Positions 57,575-64,000 of a DNA stretch of 64,000 nt are shown piece by piece. The stretch covers positions 44,533 to 108,532 of the forward strand of contig CAVPXM010000073.1 of assembly GCA_963709405.1 (NCBI GenBank), read 5' to 3'. This stretch comes from an uncultured Nitrososphaerales archaeon (GTDB lineage: Archaea > Thermoproteota > Nitrososphaeria > Nitrososphaerales > Nitrososphaeraceae). The notes below the pieces were generated by a model. The model did no database searches. It worked only from the letters and a program-made list of their open reading frames with translations, and was not told the DNA's origin. A program made the translations under genes and the position numbers. How positions within the stretch are numbered: the stretch's first letter is position 1; the number at the start of each line of letters is the position of its first letter.

Positions 57575-58636
57575 ATGAATAAAGGTTCTGCTATAACTTA
57601 CCGCGATCACCTTAAACCATTTGAATCCTTTGCTATGAACAGTTACAATATAGATCTAGACAGCCTTATAATAAATATACAAGAAGGCAAATACAATGTA
57701 TATGATATCTTGTCAGAATTCACTTCATATTTGCAGGATCATAATTATAATAAACCATTATCGTCTACTACTTTACGTAATCGAATAAAGGCTGTAAAAA
57801 ACTTTCTTGAGTTTAATGATGTTGATATAAGTAATAACAAGTTCAAACTGAAGATAAGGTTACCAAAAGCAATAAGGAGAAACAAAGAAGCTCTGACCAA
57901 AGATGACATACGGGATATAATTTTGGCATGCTCAGACATTAGATTAAAGACCTATGTCATGTTTTTGGCCTCTACTGGAATGAGAGCTGTTGAGGCTCTA
58001 TCAATTAGACTAAAAGATATTAATCTAGATTCGAATCCTGCGAGAGTTTACCTTAGGGGAGAATTTACAAAAACAAGACAGGACCGACATGTATACCTAA
58101 CTTCAGAGATAACCCAACAGCTAAAAATATGGTTGGACTATAGGTATCGTTATCACAGATCATGTTATGTTGACAAAGAAAATGGTAATTACAAAAGTGA
58201 ATATATAACACCGATAAGAAAGTCAGATGATCTAGTCTTTGCTATTTATGGTAAACCCCATAATGCTGATCTTAGGATAATGTACATTCATTTAGCTATA
58301 TCATACGCAAAGATGCTTGACAGAATAGGAAGAGGAGATAGGGAAGACAATGACAAGCGCAGAAAAATCACTTTTCACTCATTCAGACGTTTTGTAAAGA
58401 GCACAATATCTGATTTGGGTTTTGGGGATTATTCAGAGTGGTTTATCGGACATAGTGGCTCAACTTATTATAGAAAAACTGAGAAAGAGAAAGCAGAAAT
58501 ATTTGCAAAGATTGAACCTTATTTGACATTCTTGGATTATTGTGAGCTTGAAGCAAGAGGTGCAGACGTTGTAACCAAGTTACAAGAGAAAGATAAACGA
58601 ATTGAGGCTATTAGTAAAGAAGCAAGAGAAGTTTGA
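57575..58636 (+). CDS. Tyrosine recombinase/integrase
   Basis: STGMR, TK, HSFRR, IGH and catalytic Tyr (STYY). Confidence 0.93.
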   Translation: MNKGSAITYRDHLKPFESFAMNSYNIDLDSLIINIQEGKYNVYDILSEFTSYLQDHNYNKPLSSTTLRNRIKAVKNFLEFNDVDISNNKFKLKIRLPKAIRRNKEALTKDDIRDIILACSDIRLKTYVMFLASTGMRAVEALSIRLKDINLDSNPARVYLRGEFTKTRQDRHVYLTSEITQQLKIWLDYRYRYHRSCYVDKENGNYKSEYITPIRKSDDLVFAIYGKPHNADLRIMYIHLAISYAKMLDRIGRGDREDNDKRRKITFHSFRRFVKSTISDLGFGDYSEWFIGHSGSTYYRKTEKEKAEIFAKIEPYLTFLDYCELEARGADVVTKLQEKDKRIEAISKEAREV

Positions 58637-58708
58637 ACAGTTAATTCAATCACTAATAGACTCGGGACAGTTGAAGAAAGCATCCTGATTTGAAGATATA
58701 ATATAATA

Positions 58709-59637
58709 GGTAATACCTAAGGATTTGGAACAGATTTTACTATTATGCTTGTGAGTATTTTGAAGATATCTTCTTTTCTGTGATTGAATCTGAATTCTAT
58801 TTCTTTTAGGTAAAGATCAAAGTATGGCTTCGGTACACCTCGATAATGATATAGCCATGTTTTGGCATAACTCCAGAATCCTTCAATACCATTGATATGA
58901 GTTGCTTCATCTCTAACATACTCTTCCTTTCCATGAAGTATCATCTGATGTTTACCTATCAAATTCAATGCAGCATATGCAGTATGATCATCTGTATAAT
59001 ACAATGAACCTTTCCTTGTATGCTGTTTTATCAATGGGATCAAAGTATCATGTTTTCTGTCGGATACAGGAAATGTAATGACTTTGCCATTTCTTTGATA
59101 TATTCCAAATACTAGGCTTTTACCTTCAGATCCCCACCCTCGTTTCCCTTTCCTATGCCCACCAAATAACGCTTCATCTATTTCTAATTCTCCGGACAAC
59201 TTCTTCAACTCTTTTAATTTCAGCAATGACTCATTATAGATTGATTGTCTAAATACTCTGAATGTCTTCTCTATCGTAGTCAAACTGAGTGGAACATAAA
59301 ACCTGATCCTGTATGCAGGAACCCCTAGAGCGAATAGGTACGTAAGGTGTACCAGTAATTCAAGCGAAAAGTTGAATTCTCCTATATAGGTTCCTGTAAA
59401 CTCTCCAAACTTGTACCTACAGCGTCTGCATCCAAATCTGTAATCGAACAGATAGTACAAGTTTCTATATCCGCACCTAGGACATCTCCTTTTACCACTC
59501 CATCTAAGATGACGAAAATATATACGGCTTTTTGTTACGCTTCCAGCAAGTTCTATAGGACTAGATTCACGCACGCATCACGAATGGGGCACTAGAAATT
59601 ATCCCTTATTATCTGTTCCAAGTTCTTAGGTATTACC
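58709..59637 (-). mobile_element. IS1595-family element, intact transposase 58717-59574
   Basis: TIRs ggtaatacctaag..ggaacag; tataata repeated on both flanks. Confidence 0.95.
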
Positions 59638-59999
59638 TATAATATGGTCAATAATATAGCGGTACTTTATCGAGTCAGATGTCAGACGAAATGGACAACT
59701 CTTACAATACTTTAGCATATTTCTCAGAAATTATTACAAGATTCAATATTAGCCGTCGGTACTGAACCATACTATATCTGATTCCTGAGATATCTCATAT
59801 CGAAATGCGTTAAGGTGATTGCGTCATCACTTGTTTATTTTTCAAAATATATTCTGGCTCTAGGAGTGGATGCTAGTAATATTTGTCATAACGGACTGCT
59901 AAGAAATTAGTCACTATATTGCTATATAGTGAATGAAGATAAAATAAAAGACTATTTTTTTATTTTATTTTATTCTAAATTTTTTAACAGCTGAGTGTA

Positions 60000-60155
60000 A
60001 TGTGCAAGTCGAATGCAAGGCATACTGTGATGCTAAACGAAACCTCCTTTCAACTGCTCAAAAAAGAAGGCCATTTCGGCGAGACGTATTCACAGCTAAT
60101 CTTCCGTATTATAACGGAACTTGAAAGGACCAGAAGGAATGGAGGGTTGCCATGA
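60000..60155 (+). CDS. Small RHH-like DNA-binding protein
   Basis: MCKSNARHTVMLNETSFQLLKKEGHFGETYSQLIFRIITELERTRRNGGLP; ATGA overlap with the next ORF. Confidence 0.7.
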   Translation: MCKSNARHTVMLNETSFQLLKKEGHFGETYSQLIFRIITELERTRRNGGLP

Positions 60156-60325
60156 TGATCACTGGTGAAGATTGTCTTATCGACATTCTATCCAAGGAGT
60201 GTAAAGCCAATGAACATAATACCTGTCATGGAAAATGGCTAGGCTTTGGCTTTGAGGTAGTCTGTAGGTGTGGTTGTGGTCATAGAGTAAGAATGCAACT
60301 GAAACAGGAACAAGCGAGCAACTAA
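60152..60325 (+). CDS. 57-aa Cys/His Zn-binding protein
   Basis: MMITGEDCLIDILSKECKANEHNTCHGKWLGFGFEVVCRCGCGHRVRMQLKQEQASN; GGAGGGT upstream. Confidence 0.7.
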   Translation: MMITGEDCLIDILSKECKANEHNTCHGKWLGFGFEVVCRCGCGHRVRMQLKQEQASN

Positions 60326-60326
60326 A

Positions 60327-61412
60327 TTGACGAGCGTCAAGGCCGATGTACCAAATGGGACCGGGAACGATGGACTAACTCGGCGATTGGTACTTACCCT
60401 GCCGCGAAAAGTAACGTGGGAGAAGGTGCTAAACTTCGCGATAGAAAAATATAACAAGTCTCATCTAGGCATTGATTTTGCTGATCTTGAACTACAAGGT
60501 TGCAAAAAAAGTAAGGCACAAAGCATCTTGAAACGAATGTGCAGTGAAACCCATGACAAGAACGGACAGAAATATCCTCCCTTGTTATTTAGATCACCAC
60601 TACGGAGCTGTCCACAAAAATACTATCCAGCGTCATTAGAAGCTGACGCAATAGAGGACATGAAAAAGAGAAAGGTACTAATTGATCCCACGGAGGTAAC
60701 CACTTCACTAATAACCCCATTTTCCAAGTCTAGGCATCCTCTATCCAATGTCATAGAGTCTGGAAAGGCAAACTCCTTCTTGGAAGCATTAATGTTAATT
60801 CCCTATCAACCTGCGTACATTCATAATATTCATCTCCAGGTTGATATTGATCGTGATGAATACGAACTTATCTCTAGCAAACAGGAAGCAAGATCTAGGT
60901 ATAAAGACCATCACGAAAGAATTGGTCGTATAAAGGGTATATCAAATGTGAATTTTATAGTCTATCCTAACGGTAAGGTTATGGTGTACGCCAAGTGCAG
61001 TGAAGATCCGTTCAGACTTGAAACTGAAAATGATGCAAGCTATTTTTTCTCATTCTTAGGACAAGTTAGAGACAGGATGGTCATCTGGTTGAGCGATCTG
61101 CATGAGACGGTAGTGCCTTCCATAATGGACTGGCATTTATTGCAATGCGATATAAATCGAGATGTAGAATTAACCTCCATGGCGCAAATTACATTACCCG
61201 ATATCCAGATTAAATACGCGGATCGGGTTTTCAGGCTCTATGTCAAATCCCTGCATGATAAGGCGGTATATAGGGCTGAGGAGTTCTTGAACATAAAGCG
61301 GCTTCTTCCTGAGGCGTTAGAATGTATATTAAATCCTCACAAATCGCTACATGCAAAACTGGATCTCATATTGTCACGCACCGCACTCTCTAACCAGACA
61401 AAATCAGAATAA
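60327..61412 (+). CDS. Putative replication initiator (Rep_trans-like motifs)
   Basis: 361-aa ORF; DINRD...RLYVK...YRAE in order. The gene is well supported, the function is inferred. Confidence 0.55.
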   Translation: MTSVKADVPNGTGNDGLTRRLVLTLPRKVTWEKVLNFAIEKYNKSHLGIDFADLELQGCKKSKAQSILKRMCSETHDKNGQKYPPLLFRSPLRSCPQKYYPASLEADAIEDMKKRKVLIDPTEVTTSLITPFSKSRHPLSNVIESGKANSFLEALMLIPYQPAYIHNIHLQVDIDRDEYELISSKQEARSRYKDHHERIGRIKGISNVNFIVYPNGKVMVYAKCSEDPFRLETENDASYFFSFLGQVRDRMVIWLSDLHETVVPSIMDWHLLQCDINRDVELTSMAQITLPDIQIKYADRVFRLYVKSLHDKAVYRAEEFLNIKRLLPEALECILNPHKSLHAKLDLILSRTALSNQTKSE

Positions 61413-61560
61413 AATTATTAATAATTGATTCGATGATGTTCCATTACCGTGGGGAATATCCTGGACGGTCAGAGAGATCACACCGGCTAAACATATACAT
61501 GCATAAGCTACATTCTTTGGCACAAACAAGCAATGTAGCAGTTTTAATAACAAATCATAT
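61411..61560 (+). pseudogene. RadA/Rad51-like internal fragment
   Basis: KLLIIDSMMFHYRGEYPGRSERSHRLNIYMHKLHSLAQTSNVAVLITNH (Walker B to TNQ region). Confidence 0.75.
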
Positions 61561-61698
61561 TCCTAACTTGTCGCTATCGACTGCACTAATTATAACGTCT
61601 GTAATTGCAATTGTAATATTGCTTAAAAATAAAAGAAGATAGTTAGTTAATTAATCAGTCAACCAACCAACCGATTAATTAATTATTTATTTACTTAT

Positions 61699-61890
61699 CT
61701 ATCTAGCTAATTTCAATTCTTCTGCGCTATGTTTGCAGGTATCCAATCCTTCCCTTAGACAATGCTCAACTATTGCCGTTAGAGTCGTGTCCTTTTCTGC
61801 GGCTTTAATTCTCGCACGCCACCAAAAATCCGTGTCTATATTCATATTTACTATATGTTTTTGATGATTTGCTACCTCTCGTGTTTTCAT
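61699..61890 (-). CDS. Ribbon-helix-helix protein
   Basis: VNMNIDTDFW.RARIKAAE...TLTAIVE..LRE. Confidence 0.75.
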   Translation of the reverse strand: MKTREVANHQKHIVNMNIDTDFWWRARIKAAEKDTTLTAIVEHCLREGLDTCKHSAEELKLAR

Positions 61891-62398
61891 GTCGCAAATA
61901 GAAATACTAGCTATCTATTATATAATATTAGCTTTGTAATTACTAAGTTGTTTGTAGTCACTAAGTGAATACTAAATCCATAGTATCTTAAGGATAAAGA
62001 AGATATTAATATCAGTGACATATAAGTGGAAAAAAGCCCGACCCCCTCTAAGAAGAAGGTCGATCACGGTCCAGTAGGAACAAGCACGCGGCAGATCACT
62101 GGATACTTCACCGTTAGCGGTATACAGAATGAGACAACTGTCCTCGAAAGGCTAGCCTAGACTTCGCATTTAAAGAGAATTGTGATAATGCTTACGATTG
62201 GTTAAATGACTTTTATTCCATATCAGAGCCGGTAAATAATTACGACTTACAGATTAGAAGACATGTCACTATTAGCGTAAGGATAAATGCGATTTCGGGA
62301 ATCCAAATCAAACAAGAATATTTAGTATATGCGTGCGAAATTCAAATATTGACGAAATAAGGATACAAGAGTTTGAAAGTCCAGAACAGATATTTATT

Positions 62399-63424
62399 TG
62401 TATACTACACAGATAGGTTACATTTTCGATTACCTACATGGGTTACACTTTGCTCTTGTTCTTGTACGTATGGTGGATGTAATTAATCTTTGTAGAAACA
62501 TCTCTGATGGAGTAAGACCATTTATGCCTCCATGCTCTCTAGTTTCATTGTACGCTTTTACAAAGATATCATATCTTAGTTTACCATCGTCTATGTTTGG
62601 TATATCCTCAACTGCTAGGAACTCGTTTTTCACTATCTTGTTATATGCTTCTATTTTCCCTTGTAACTGCGGATAGGAATTTGGTATTTGTTTATCCTTT
62701 ATCTGATTGTGTACGAGGAAATGTCTGAACATTTTGGATGTAAACTGCTTTCCATTGTCATGCATTACCCTTTCAGGCTTGCCATTAATCATTATCCAAT
62801 CCTCTAGTACGTTAAGAACATCAACTGACCTCTTTCTTTCAGACCATCTGCTTGCTACTTTTCTTGAACAGTCATCTAGACAGCTAATGATGTAATTCCT
62901 TTGACTAGAATTACTCAGATAGAAAGGGCCAAGGATATCCATCTGTACCATATCATTTGGATGCTTCATGACAAACCGTTTGTAAGTTCTTGTTTTGGCC
63001 TTACACTTCAGGATATTAAGCCTGTATCTCTTTAGTATCTTGTAGATAGTTCTGGTGCTTAATGAGATTCCAATAACCTTTCTTAATCTAAACTTGATCC
63101 TATTACATCCAAATCTCTTGCTTAATCGTAGATCAAGTATTGTCTCATGTATTTCAGATGTTACCTTCTTGTACTTGATATTATGAGGCCTTCTGGAATT
63201 ATCTGATAGACCTTCTATCCCTTTCTGTTTGTATCTCTTATTCCACTTATAGTACGTCTTTCTGGATATACCATATCTTTTACAAATAATAGATACAGTA
63301 CCACCAGTCCATTCTTTTTCATGTATTAGATTAAACCTTGTTGTGATTTCTATATGGATTCACTTCTTGACAGGAGTGTAACCCATGTTTGTAAGCTATA
63401 ATGTCACCTATGTCTGGAAGTACA
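62399..63424 (-). mobile_element. IS481-family element; transposase frame open ~63359-62430
   Basis: TGT...ACA ends with long imperfect TIRs; HTH (YGISRKTYYKW), QMD, HDNGKQF, QGKIE; no ATG at the frame start. Confidence 0.88.
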
Positions 63425-63848
63425 ACAATTAATCCAGTGTGGAGGACATGGAAACTTACGAAGAACTCTTACTGTGCTACGAGAAATTATAGAGTCAAAT
63501 GAATTCAGGGAGTATTTCGCAAATATGGATAAGCCCTGGTATTTTGCAAAACCTGCTGACACGTCTAACCTACTAAAAAGAATAGGTTTTATAAATACAA
63601 AGATAAATACAAAGGTTAATTTGCATAATGATCGCATAAACCTAGCTAATCGTAAATTATATAGTAGATTTGTAAAAACCGTAATAATGAAACCTTTTCT
63701 AGAGCGCCTTACTGAAGAAAAAATAAAGAATAGATATTTGGATTTGTTTTTGAATAAAGTTGAAAGCGATAGTTCTAATAGTAACGCATCTCAAACCACG
63801 TGGTCATTAGATTACGTTAGGTTAAATATCATTGCTGAAAAGCCATAG
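63425..63848 (+). pseudogene. Class I methyltransferase-like C-terminal fragment
   Basis: QLIQCGGHGNL...PWYF...LL..IGF...LDYVRLNIIA; 5' half is missing at the IS481 end. Confidence 0.6.
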
Positions 63849-64000
63849 TATATCATCCCTTTATCTTCATTATGAAAAGATGGTAAGCAATAGAAATAAC
63901 TCTTAACAACTTCTGAAACAACACATAATATATCATTCTAACGTGTTCTGTATTATTCTTCGCAATAATATATCCTAAAATGAATGCCAAGACAATGTCT

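Noticed and set aside
1327-62895. Antisense or alternate-frame ORFs such as 1327-1668, 7359-7748, 16252-16593, 24589-24876, 41576-42070, 48258-48725, 54113-54373, 62398-62676
   Set aside because: They shadow well-supported genes and have no motifs of their own.
1-64000. CRISPR array, tRNA or rRNA genes
   Set aside because: No regularly spaced repeats or cloverleaf seen. The gttcgaat at 33130/33753 looks like a T-loop but is the IS6 target duplication.

Overview
AT-rich archaeal DNA. The gene families (PQQ sugar dehydrogenases, USPs, DUF1059, two tyrosine-integrase types) resemble those of soil ammonia-oxidising archaea (Nitrososphaeraceae-like); this is inferred from family resemblance only. 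It is an accessory region with no rRNA, tRNA or CRISPR seen. (1) 1-27 kb: a stress/metal-handling cluster between ppx and sixA, ending in a broken integrase. It holds an atypical P1B ATPase, a CmtR-like remnant, tandem YnfA genes, DsbA with a CxxC membrane partner, and three unannotated 44-aa Cys-rich metallothionein-like genes. (2) 32.7-57.5 kb: an ~8.5 kb integrative element (integrase, RHH, SF3 helicase, ori-like inverted repeat, hemerythrin/ABM/GlcG/His6-peptide cargo) present twice in inverted orientation around an IS-rich 7.75 kb spacer. (3) 57.6-62 kb: a second element with an integrase and a coupled RHH / Zn-finger / Rep_trans-like operon. IS5, IS6, IS1595 and IS481 elements are scattered throughout. 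Many single-base frameshifts look like long-read errors, so pseudogene calls are provisional. All assignments come from reading motifs by eye; no searches were run.
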